Positions 25,081 through 37,211 of a stretch of DNA of 64,000 nt are shown here, piece after piece; the first letter of the stretch is position 1, and the number at the start of each line of letters is the position of its first letter. The DNA lies in contig NC_134473.1 in NCBI RefSeq assembly GCF_964194025.1, forward strand, positions 61,690,001 through 61,754,000, written 5' to 3'. The position numbers and the translations under genes are program-made. The notes under the pieces are model-generated. The model was not told the origin of the DNA, did no database searches, and saw only the letters and a list, made by a program, of their open reading frames with translations. This stretch comes from Convolutriloba macropyga (taxonomy: Eukaryota).

Positions 25081-27363
25081 CTGTAATACAGAAACACTTC
25101 ATACCTTCCAATTCCACTGCACTAAACGTGAAATAAGTTTGAATTAAAAAGAGCTTGCTTTTTAAACATGTGTCTGTTGCGTGGTTCAATGGCAGTTCAA
25201 ATTTAAGATGTCAAATTAAACCATCAATAGTAAGTGTCACATATTTAGAACTTCATTCTTTATCCCCCTTTAAAAAGAACCATATACAATGTGTTCATAT
25301 GAGCAAAACCAACAGCTGGAAAACACGCCAATAGAATTTATTACCTATAACATAGCCGACTAAAGTCAAAAGAATTATGCACTCGGCGAATTCAGCCTCT
25401 AAATTGGAGGAAAATAAGCTTAATACTATACTTAATCAGCAGAATAAATTCTAATGAACTTTGATAACATAATGTACGTCAAAAACTGACAAAACAAAAT
25501 TTTTGAAGTGTTTTAATTGAGTCCACAGTTGCAATGGATCCAATAAATATGCTGAATTCGGCCTCTAAATTCGAGGACTATAAGCGTAATACTAGAACCA
25601 ATTAGCAGTATACTCTAATTAATGTTGATAACTTAATGCACGGTCATCAAACATTAGGTCTCTCTCTACCCCAGTTCTACTGGTTTATCCCGTTTCCATT
25701 AATTTCACTTTCTGATCTTGGACGTACTCGCGTATATCTCACAAATCAATTCAGTTGAACGAGAGTGAGTAAGTCAGAAGTGAAAATGGTGACTAATGCA
25801 TAACAAAATGTCAAACGATATAAGAAACATAGCAGGTCCAGTCCTGAATTGCACTTCGAAGATATGAGCAAGCTAAAGACGACCCTATTAGAATCCCTTA
25901 AAGAACAACTCTGCTAATAAAATCATATACCAAGACGTCCACGAAAGTAAACAGAACACTAAAAAACTAGTTTTTTAATTTCCCCAAAAAAAGTTTTATC
26001 GAAGCTATTGTCAAACAACGTCAAGTTCAAAAGACCTTTACAGAAGACAAAATTCGACAACAAACGCAAACTTTTAAGAAAACCATTGAGAGACGATGTA
26101 AGATGACAGCAAACATTTTGATAAAAACCTGTTTTTTTAATGTCATTGAAAATAGGTCATCAAGTCAATGAAACACGCAACTAAATTCAAACTGTTCAAC
26201 ATCTATCGCAATATCCATAATTGGGGAACGATGTAACAAAAGTAACAACAACTGCAGGCAGTAAAAAAATAGACAAGAATATTTGTAGCAATTACGCAAA
26301 AATTAGGAACTAAAAATTAGGCGAATACCAATTAACATTTGAAGGTACTGCATTTTTTGCTTGGTAATAATATGTATTAAAGTGACTATAAAAAACTTCG
26401 CAAATTAAAAATCAATCAAAAATTGACCAGAGTTTTTGAATTTTGAGCATTGTCACGATATAGTTTATCCACCAACATTAGGCAAAAACCAATTAAATTA
26501 CTTACAGGCGGTACCTCAAAAGACACTTGAAGCTATAAAACACACGTTTTCTAAACAAAACAATTTCAAAAATTTGATGATTCTTGTAAGTTACTATTAT
26601 GAACAGACATTTACTCGAGTCACTTGAAAACTTTATCGCGTCAAGAGGATGAAGTACCGCTTTTAAGTGTTTAAATTGGTATTCGCCTAATTTCCACAAA
26701 ACTTCAGTTCAAAATTTTTCCCCAAAGAACTAACAATTAGCGACTAACAACATTAAAGCTACATAGTGAACTCAGCAAAACTTCAAACATTTGATAATTT
26801 CTCCTTCCAATTATGGTCCTTTCGGCTTAGGCGCTTGGGTATTTAGGAGCTAGATAAATTGTCGTGTAACCACATGAATATCGAATGACTGCCGACACTA
26901 GCTGAGAACCAGCTTAATCAAACAAGAGCCCGCGGAATTAAACGCCCTCTTTCTTCAACTCATTCAGTTGAATTGAATGTTGCCCGGAAGAACATAACGA
27001 ACTAACAGATTTTTTTAACTTCCGATGGAACTAGCAGCAATTTATGTATTTGAAAATTGACTTTTGAAAATTGGAATCCGGTTAGTTACGGAGAAACAAA
27101 CAAACAATGCAACAATATGAGTTTTTCCATCCTTTCTCGCACGCATTAGCTCGTGTGAAATATGCAAAGCGACCTATTTTCGACAACAATGTTGGAAACA
27201 ACAGACACTACTTTGGACATGTCATCAGCAGAAACCAACCCTTGTCAATGTACAAGCATAGAGAGACAGCTCCTCATTTCAAACAAGGCCAATATAGACG
27301 CAATTCATTTGCTACACAATTCAGATCTCCACTCAGACGTCACTCATCAACCAGACGATATAG

Positions 27364-27508
27364 GGATCTATTCTGTTTCGACCCCCCCAGTTTCATATGA
27401 TATGTTGTTATATAGCACGTTACTATGTAAGAAAATGGCACGTGCGACTGGGGGTCATAAAAAATTTATGCTCACTAAGCTGGGGGGGGGGGGGGACAGA
27501 ATAGATCC
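27364..27508. mobile_element. Merlin-like MITE copy
   Basis: GGATCTATTCTGT / ACAGAATAGATCC TIR; TSD CGATATAG/CCATATAG. Confidence 0.8.
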
Positions 27509-30145
27509 CCATATAGTTACGACTCGTTCCCCGGACAACACGGAGATTGGTAGGAACTTTTCCGTTACCCACGAAAACGTTATTCGACCCCAGTTAAATC
27601 TTAATGTTACCTCTCCCCGCTGCCGTTCCCACCTATAATTTAAAACTTATGCCCTCAAAAACTATGCACTAATTGTAATGACTAGAGTCCTATCTCTTAA
27701 TAGACAACCCTAACTACTATTCGCTCAAAAATGCGCCTTGATTTGTTCACACATGGATGTGAGGGGGAAAACTTATCAGTATAATAATGACATTTGGTTA
27801 CGGGGTTGCAAATAATATGTACCTAATCAGATGTGGTGGGGGGGTCTCAAGCAAGCGGAAAAGATATCCGCTTGGTATGCCAGGCACCAATATCGCCCAA
27901 GACAGAGCTTGGACACGAACTACACCCTGAGAGACTCAGTTATATCGCCTCTCAATTACAATTATTACACAAACAACCAAGCAGGCAGCAGCTACTGTCC
28001 GTCTTCGGCAAGACGACGCTTCTCATACCCCACTAGCACCGCTATCTCATTCCCTTTCAGTTCCTCTTACCCGAACACCTCCACTCGTCTCGCCTACAGT
28101 TCTAACCGGCCCACCTCCAGAGCTCCCTCTACGTATGAAAGGTATTATACAGCAGCAACAAGACATTCTCCATCTTGGCTGTTCGATGGCATCGAATTCT
28201 CACCCGATCGAACACAGCATGAAAGAGACAACAGCTTTACTTCCGAATACGGTACTTGGAGCACAAAACCTTCACGACAAGGTTACAGACGCAACAGACA
28301 CCTTAGCTCGAGATCATCGCCCAGTTCATCTTCATTTTCGCAGTTTTAACTTGGAATACAAACCAAAGAGCCAAGGATATTCAACCAAAACACTTGAAGC
28401 AACCAAACTATTTTTCATATAGATAAGGGTGAAAATAACTGCCAAATTCAGATACTTTTATTAACAGTTTTAGAACCGATGACACAACAGATATGGAAAA
28501 AAATCCATTTGAGTTCTTAAATTTGACTTTATAAACTAGCGACTTTCACAAAATAGCAAGAAACTAGTGTACTATGAATTGGAGTTGTCGCGCACGAAAC
28601 TAAATTAATAGCACAAGTCGTTTTTTAAGGACGGTTTCTCCAGGGGGTCAAAAGCTTACGACTCAAAATTTAAACTTAATACGAGTCAAAATAAAAATAG
28701 AGGATGCTAAACAAAATTTTCAATCATAAACATACCGCACATTCACCGAAAATAGCCCACATTGATTCTCATAATTCCGACTCGGACTGGAAGACAAATA
28801 AAAAAATGAATTTTGTGCACCTGTGTACTATTCTGATGTTATTCCGTAGTTCGAAATAGTCCTGCATCGAAATAGTAATGAGAGGATACAGAAGCTAGAA
28901 TTAATAAACATTACTGATGAACATTACTGATGATAAATAAGATTAAAAAAGAACGAAGTTCAAGCAGCGGGCATCTAAAATTGGGCTTGAAGGGTTAAAT
29001 GCCGTTTTTTTTCCTTTTTGATACTTACTCTGTTGATTCTAGAGTTTTTTGCAGAGCAACTGTTGTTTATGGGACAGCAAGTATGAGAGAAAATAAAAAC
29101 TACCCAAGAGAAGTCAAAAAGATTTCACGCGATATGTAGACCACGTTGTGAACTAAGGACAAGCCGAACAAGTAAAAAAAAACAGTAGGACAAGTGTGGA
29201 CACAATTTTAAGAATTTTCAATGAGTAAAAAAACTGAAAAACGACTACACCTAGAATGGACAACACAGGGATCCGGAAAACCACTTAGTCAAATTGCCAC
29301 ATGTGAACAAAATACCACAACTGAGAAAGCAAATTTATGTTTAAAAACAGTTTTCTCACAACTGTATAATTGGAAAAAATTCACGCCGCAAAATCAATCG
29401 CTTTTTCGCTCCACTTCCTGTTTTAGCGTGACCTAAATTTGACTTCAAATTCATGAGAATGTGCGAACAGATCTTGAAAAAACATAGGACAACTCCTGAA
29501 ATAAAATTCAAGAATTGAATGGAAACCTTGAATACTGTTCAATTGACTAACAGAAGAATTGAATAACAGAAGCCAAACAATTTTCTTTACACATTGAGAA
29601 TTATCAAAACTGAATTTGTGCTGTAGATACTCTGGTTGCAAAGGTAACGAGAACCAGAAAATATAAAAATTCGAAAAAAAAACACAAATTGCCATTTTGC
29701 AGAAATATTTTTGGACACAATCGACAAGAAGCAAAACCACAAAAAAGTTAACTATGTAAAAGCAAGTTTTTAAAAATCAATGATCGTTAGTGTTATTGAA
29801 TAGGCTATTGATTAATTGCTAGATTTATTGCTGAGCTTGTTAAACTGCTCGATACCTGACAGACTACCGATTAATTACCAAATTTTACTGAAAACACGCT
29901 GAAAAATTGCAGTTAAAAACAATCAAAACATTTTTACAATTAAATTTGAAAGTAATTAATACTTTAGTTAAGTTCAAAAACACTTATTTCATCAAAACCG
30001 GCTATTTTCAGCTATAAACATCAGAATCGCAAATCTGCAGGCTACAAAAAATTAGGTTATAACCAAATTTTCATTAACCCATTTTCAAGCCTTAGAACAG
30101 TTTTTGCCCTATAAATATGAAAACTGAAACATGGCAAAAACATAA

Positions 30146-30672
30146 AACATACCCGGCAGATTGCCGGAAAATAGCCACCGTTGATTCCAATAAGCATGAT
30201 TGGGATTGAACGAATAGAAGATATTGAGAAAAAAATTTTGTACAAAAAAATTTTTTAAGTCCGATTTATTTTGATGGCATTTTGTAGTTGAACATACTTC
30301 TGTTTCTTAGAGAGAGGCTACAGGGGCTACTATCAATACCAATAAGCATAAGAGATGGTAACTAAGACTTATAGGAACGACGTTCAAATAGCGGGCATCT
30401 AAAATTAGGCTTTATGGGTTTATCCCGTTTCTATTTCTGACTTCAATTTTTTATACTGACTCTGTTCATTTTGAATTGCTTTGCTGAGCAACTGATGTTC
30501 AAATTCAACTTTTAGCAGAATGAGAGAAGAGAGAAACTAGCCTAGAGAAGTCAAAAAGATTTCACGCAAAATGTCGAAAAAGCGGCAAAATGGTAAAGCG
30601 AAAAAAAGTTCGACGAAGTAAAAAAAATAGGAGCGCTATAATAGCCGGCTGAGAAGATGAGGGCGGCTATTA
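30146..30672 (-). mobile_element. HINE-A3, cleanest uninterrupted copy
   Basis: 5' TTAATAGCCG...CGGCTATTA stem; 3' GGCTATT + CCGGCAATCTGCCGG + GTATGTT. Confidence 0.85.
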
Positions 30673-31176
30673 AAAATAGAAAAAAGCTTTGACTCTGGTG
30701 TTAAAGTTGGTGTAAAAGTTGAGAAAACTAAAGATGAAGGTGACTATTTATTAAAAGCTCGCGATAAATTGAAGGCTAACCAACTGAACAATCGTCCGAT
30801 GAATTGCTCTCAATTGACTAGCGGGGCAATTTAATTCAGACGCGTGGAGCCTAAGCAAAATTTTTCTGGTGCAAAAAAATCCGACTGCGGGAGGGGGTTA
30901 TCCTCACTAGCATTTGCTTTATCGTTACCAACAGACTTAGACACTGAATGACAGCAATTTAGATCACGCGAAGCGTGAAAATTCACTCCAGAAGTCAAAC
31001 CATTCAAGCAAGCGATAAAAAAGATTAAGAAATGCGACCAGCGAAAATTTTGCAACACACATGTACAAAAATTGTCCCAGATTTCATTCTACAGCGATTA
31101 AAGAATTTATGATAAAAGTGATAATTAAATTTTAGCCGCCGATGACATCTTGAAGCTCATCGGGTTTGTAATAGAC

Positions 31177-32299
31177 ACATAAACCGACTAACGTCAGAGA
31201 AATTGTTCTCGAATGACAGGCGGCGCAATTTAAATTCAGGGCTGTAGCCTCGATAAATTTTTTTTGGATCTATTCTGTTTCGGCCCCGAGTGTTTTTTAT
31301 GACCCCCAGTTACAAATTATATATTAATATATAGCACGTTACTATGTAAGAAAATAACACGTGCGCCTGGGGGTCATAAAAGATTAAGCTGAGGGGGGGG
31401 GGGCAGAACAGATCCTTTATGCGTGCGAAAACATCTACCGAAGGCAGGATTCGAAACTCGACCTCCTAATTTGATTTCGTCACCTCGACTGATGTATTAT
31501 CCACTCCGCTATCAGGGACTTGTCATCGAGTCTCTAACAATCGGTTTTCTTTGAACAAAAAAAGTTTATTTCGGAGTGAGAGCAATTGCAATCAATCAAA
31601 AATCAAGAACTGCCGGAAAAAGTCACCCGAGAAGTCAAAGATTATTCTAGAAGAAAAGCTCAAAACGGTCAAGCGAAAAATTTGCATGAAAGATAGCCGG
31701 TAGAATACCGGAAACGAATCGAAGCGTAGTGCATTAAAATCTTTAACATAATTTTGCCAAAATCAAAATATCAAAAAAGATGAGACAACAGTAACTATTA
31801 GTCTAATAAACTGTAAAGTGTTGCAAAAAAGCAGACACAATTCTTAGTTCAATAAGGGGGTTGGGAGGGGGGTTAGGTCGGGGCAGGGGGTACGTTGGGG
31901 GGATTAGGTGGGGGTTGGGGTTACGTGGCGGAGGGGTATGTGGGGGAGGGGTACGTGGGGAGGAGGGGGCGGTACATGGGGGGAGGGGTACGTGCTGGCG
32001 GGGGGTAGGGGCTGGTGGTTAAATGGAATGAAAATTTCTCAAATCGACCTCTTCACCAAGACTATTACCAATAGTTCCCAATTGCTATACATTACAAACA
32101 GCTATTGTTAGAGCCCAATGTTCGAAATCAGAAGTCGACAATCAAAAACGGAGGTAAATCATCGAAGAGAAAGAAGTCAATTAGTCATGACCAACCTTGC
32201 GTCAGGTAGAAAAAAACCTGTAGAATCTCAATACTCCTCTTCCAGTCGTAAAAAGACACATATGTTTACAATAAATGCTTCTCATTCAAGAGCAATTAA
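31177..32299 (-). mobile_element. HINE-B with tRNA-like cassette, nested MITE and nested HINE-D (~31691-32251)
   Basis: D interrupts the B motif TTTGCAT(A)n|GACACA; D contains a G-rich tract at 31856-32020. Confidence 0.72.
31266..31415. mobile_element. Merlin-like MITE copy
   Basis: Homologous to 27364-27508. Confidence 0.72.
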
Positions 32300-33340
32300 A
32301 AAGAAAAGACAAATTGACAGCCTTTTTTGTCAAGTGTCCAAAAGTGTTCTGATTTTAAGTGATTTCACAACTAGCCTTAATTCAGCTTCTAAACAAATGG
32401 CAAATAAGCTTAGTACTAAAACAAGCAACCACTCTAATGAACTCTGGTAACCCAATTCACAATGACTCAATCTTAATGACTAGGCTCTATCGGTTTATCC
32501 CATTTCTTTTGATTTTGCTCATTTGACCTTGACCCTATTCACTACATTGCGTAATACACTGAAAATCTACTTACCGGAAACAGTGAATGATTTAAGTCAC
32601 AAATCAAATGGGAAAGCCCTGATTTACGTACAACGAAAAACGTGATCGGAATAAAAAATCAAATCTTTAAAAGAAGCGGCCTAAATAATAGCATGACGTC
32701 GGCTATTAAAAATTACCTGGAACAAAATTACCTGCCTCTTTTACGACTATTTATCATGAGCAACTAACATCGGAAGAATTGCAATCGAAAGACCATTGCG
32801 AACTCGAATCCATAGCAGCCTGCTTCAGTCCGGGCATAAATTTACTAAATAGGCCATCGAATGGCGTCATTGTATAACTACTAAGATTTAAAGTTAAAAA
32901 AGGACTCCAATTGCCGCACACATTTCGGTTGATTACCAGTAGTAAGCTGTGGAAACTTGAATTCAGGCACTTAAAACTGTGAACGAGAGAGATTTAGATC
33001 ACGCAAACTATCAAAATGGTCAAACAAAAATTTTGCATCAAAAACACAATTAAAATAAATGCTTCAAACTTCATTCAAGAGCTATTAATCACTTCAAATT
33101 TATTGGCCAAGGTGAGTACGGAGTTCAAAAAATGTCAATTAAGAAATTTAGCCAGTCAAGCAAAAAAATTTGAAGAAGACATCAGACTAGAATACTTGCA
33201 ACACTGCGGTTGAGAGCAATTAAAATCAATCCTTCTTATGAAATTTGAAGCGCATGAAAACATCACTGATAACTTTAACCGTCGCTTCAAGGCTATTAAA
33301 TATATGCTTGAATTACTTTGATTATCTTTACCGGCAAATT

Positions 33341-33808
33341 AACATAGCCGGCAAATTGCCGGAGAATAGCCGCCGTGGAACCGCTTGACGCACATTGGGA
33401 ATGAAACAGAGAAAGAAAAAATGAATAGATAGAAATTGATAAATTTTTTTAAGTGTCAGTGTTCATATTTGGCGTGTAAATTTACTTAATTCAGCTTCTA
33501 AAATGAAGGCTATTAAGCATAATACTAATGCCAACTAGCAATCGTTTAAAATGAACTTTGATAACCTTATGAATTATGTTTCTCCCATTCGTTTAGATTT
33601 TGCACTTTAGACATTGACCGTATTCACATTACGTAATTCAATACGTCAAAGAATTAAGAACCCCATTCAGTTGAAACAGTAAGTGAAGTAAGTCAAAGTC
33701 AAGTGTGAAAATCCTGACTTATGTAAAAACCGTGATCAAAAGGTTGAGCGACTTAAAAAAGGAGAGCGCTTAAATAATAGCCGTTGAGAGGCTCACGGCG
33801 GCTATTAA
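33341..33808 (-). mobile_element. HINE-A1, uninterrupted
   Basis: Both termini intact; homologous to 732-1231. Confidence 0.82.
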
Positions 33809-33977
33809 TTAAGCTAAACATTTTTATAAAGTACGTGCATAATTGCGCAACGATTTAGCTACTGTAACTTTTAAAAAATTAAAATTTCGAAATTCGCCAA
33901 AAATTGCTAGCTGATGTGAACATAGTCTACTGCCTAATAGGGCTGCGACTTGCCTACCAGAATATAGACAGATCCTA

Positions 33978-34394
33978 ACAAAACCGATTAACGTCTAGCA
34001 AAATGCTCTCAAACAACTCGAGTAGCTAGCTTCGGTATTTGCCATCTGCGTCTTAGGGATGCTAGCATTAGGAGGTGAGCTGAGCGCGGGCGGGGGTGTG
34101 ACAGAGGGGGCTGAGGGGGGAAAAGATTAGGAACGAGCCTTCAAACCAGGGAGATTTTCTCGAAACAGTTTTGGTGAATCGCATGCTTACAGTCTACAAG
34201 GCGTAATGCTTAGACACTAATAAGGCGTAAGGTTCTAAGAGAGCTGTTCAGCCACTTAATGCCATCTGGCCGCCACCTTTTCATCGCGTTTTTCGGGACC
34301 AAAAGTCAAACGAAAAGTCGGTCAAGCGAAAGATCGCATAAAAAAGACAACAGGACTAATATATTTGCTACAAATTTCGTTTGAGAAAAATTAA
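33978..34394 (-). mobile_element. HINE family C (B-like termini, G-rich tract, AGTTTYGGTGAATCGC core)
   Basis: Core motif recurs near 124, 4897, 14471, 16989, 34167, 35091 and 37092. Confidence 0.65.
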
Positions 34395-35406
34395 TAAGAT
34401 ACAAATCTGAGTAAATGGAGTTGCCGATTCAACGTATAAAATCTATTCAGAGCATTCAAAGCATTTTCCCTATTTCATTTTCGTAGTAATAACTTATTAT
34501 TAACAGTCCTTGTTACATTGAACACATTATTTACCTTGAAAGGGCTTAAAGTAACGTAAAACTTTAGAATTGAAAGTCATTTACAGAGTGCATAAGTTAT
34601 TTACAATCAAACAATTAATCACGCAATTCAAATTTTTAACTGAATAATTGCTTTAAAAATGACGCAACGCACAAGCAATAAAATCAGCATGAAAATATCA
34701 AAATTGCTTTTTCGGCGTAAAAATGTTGTTACAAGAAATAAGCGTCAGACGAAAGACATTGAGTACCGCCATATAGCTCTGCTTAGTTAATAGCTCCACG
34801 CTATGATCAGAACACCCGAGCTTACTCGCCCATGTATTTTACAATGACTCAGAAAATTGCTTGACTTCTTATTCACAAGTTGAGCCGAGATGAACTTCCA
34901 ATACACTCTCTCCATTCAATACAAAAATCTAGAGCATAACTGATTAACGTCGTACGAATGGCTCTCAAACAACTGGCGAGAGGCTGAAATATGCGAGTTT
35001 GACCTTTTCTCGAGGGGGGATTTGGGGCAGAGCGGTGTGGACCAAGTTTCCCAAGAACTGCTCTTTACAAAATTCATTTGTCTCTTTAGCAGTTTCGGTT
35101 AATCGCATACTTGAGAATTTAGTAAGACTTTTAGGGATCTGCTCAGCAACTCAACGCCCACCTTTTCATCTTTGAGATTATTCCAAAAAGCTATCCGATT
35201 ACAGATCCCATTCAAACTTAAGGTTTCCGACAGCCTTCAAATCACAGCGAGATCCATCAAAAATATTTATAAAAGATTTAGATCAAAATTAACCCATTGC
35301 CTCAGAAAAGTGAACCTTGCGATAGCCTTCAAAAACCATCACAAACGCGTGACATTCAGGTGTGTATCAGTTTGGGACAGAGTATGAGGTAATAAGGTGG
35401 ACTGAC

Positions 35407-35554
35407 CTTTGAGATCGTACTTTTTCCAAAGAGTGACATTCCGTGGAATGAGGTTGTTCATGATGGCCACCCGGACATTCTTGCCCAAAATAGACTGGTA
35501 ACAGTAGCACCCAAAGTATTTGGGCAGCAATGTGTCGGGAGATTGGTACAAGTT
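35407..35554 (-). CDS. PIP5K1: PIP5K1 exon: NLYQSPDTLLPKYFGCY...MNNLIP...KYDLK
   Basis: TLLPKF.G.Y, MNNL and YDLKG motifs; tag/gtcagt. Confidence 0.96.
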
Positions 35555-36009
35555 CTAAACACAATTGGCACACGTTCTAAATGATGCGCAGTCATCTGAA
35601 TTGCAGATATTACCATTTACTTTGGACGAGAAATTATTGAGCTGACAAATTTCATAGTTTTGATGTGATCATGCTGTCTACATAACTCCCCTTACAAATA
35701 CATTTGATTTAAAAAGTATTTGAAACTTACTCCATTATAAGAAACAGATCAGATTCATAGCGGCACCTGAATGAAATCTATACAATTATTGCAAAAAATT
35801 TGCAAAGTATTAATTTCGAAACTCCTGTTTTGCTATGATGCTATTATAGTCTGCCCAAGAAATTGAAGCGGAGGCGAAACTTCAACTAACTTTGATATGC
35901 AAATTAACGTTAAAAAGCTGTTATCTGCACAACATTTACTTTTGAACTTTGACCTTCGAAATATTTGTTCACTTATGTTTCAGGACACTACATAACATCT
36001 AATGCTCAC

Positions 36010-36159
36010 CAATATGTATCCTGGGTACAACTCGAGTAAGAAGACGGCCTCCTTCTTCTGCAGAGTTTTCATTATGAAGCAGTCATCCCCCGTGATGAAG
36101 AAGAGACTCCCGGAAGCACCTGTATTCGGAATGCACTTCATCGGAGCCCCTATCGAGTT
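36010..36159 (-). CDS. PIP5K1: PIP5K1 exon: NSIGAPMKCIPNTGASGSLFFITGDDCFIMKTLQKKEAVFLLELYPGYIL
   Basis: G-loop GASGS and the ATP-binding Lys (IMK); cag/gtgagc; 150 nt. Confidence 0.96.
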
Positions 36160-36561
36160 CTGAAACCAAAACGTACATCTCCACTCAAGTATTCACTAAC
36201 TGTGTTCTAAACTTTTTTATCAGAACGCTATAAATTAACAAAACTTTCTGTCTTTCAGGTCAAACGAGACAACTGAGAAACTTTTAAACCAAGATTATGT
36301 AAAGTTTAATTATCTAAACGTTGGTATCGCCCAGTGAGTGACATTTGGAAAAACGTGAACCTTAATTTTACAATCTTGCAAATACGTCAAGCTATTTTTC
36401 TTCGATCACAATGAAAGTTTCCACAAAAAAGTCTGAATGAAAACTGAGAACATCAAACACAGATGCTCATAGTTGCATTCCACCTCCTTGGGTGGGCGGG
36501 AGAGGGAAAGGGATATGGAGGTTCCACAGTGATTGTAAGAATATGGGGGGAAGTCTCATAC

Positions 36562-36769
36562 CATGAACTCTCCCTTGTCCACTTTGTATATTTGGCGGAA
36601 GAAATCGAATGCTCTGGGGGCATAAGCTTTGAATCTGTAGTTGGCCACAGAGACCTGTTGAGTACTGCTACTAGGTGATGGCTCAATGGCACTCGCATCA
36701 TGTGTGTCAGACATTGATGAGGAGAGAGGTTTGTCACTCGTAAACTTCAGATTCCGTGGCACCTCACTC
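36562..36769 (-). CDS. PIP5K1: PIP5K1 exon: SEVPRNLKF...NYRFKAYAPRAFDFFRQIYKVDKGEFM
   Basis: FK.YAP.AF..FR motif; aag/gtatga. Confidence 0.93.
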
Positions 36770-36842
36770 CTTTAATATGGAAACAGATCAAAATGTCTCT
36801 CTTGTACAAAATATCGGTTCAAAAAATTGAGTGAAAACCTAC

Positions 36843-36877
36843 CCTTGTATGTTCAGCATGACCACTTGCTCCAGGTC
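36843..36877 (-). CDS. PIP5K1: PIP5K1 exon: DLEQVVMLNIQ(G)
   Basis: tttag/gtaggt; 35 nt; phase 0 to 2 bridges the neighbouring exons; aligns to DF.VV. Confidence 0.85.
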
Positions 36878-37211
36878 CTAAAATAGACATGTGAATAGAA
36901 ATCGCTATTTTTAGTAACCTCATTTTTTTATTACTTACGATTATACTATTATAATTTTTACCATTTAACCAATTTTTATTACCATGTGTAAAAAACGGAT
37001 AATATTTTTTCATTGATAAAAATGTGTAGGGCTCGGCGTGGGGGAGTCTAAGAATCGCGCCCTTCACATCATGAATTTGTGTCTCCAAACCAGTTTCGGT
37101 GAGATTCTTAGAGTGTAGTAAGCCGAAATGCTCTAAGAAACTTAATGCCCTCCGGGCTTGACATCTTATCCCGTTTTTGAAGACGAAAAGTCAATTTGGT
37201 CAAACGAAAAA

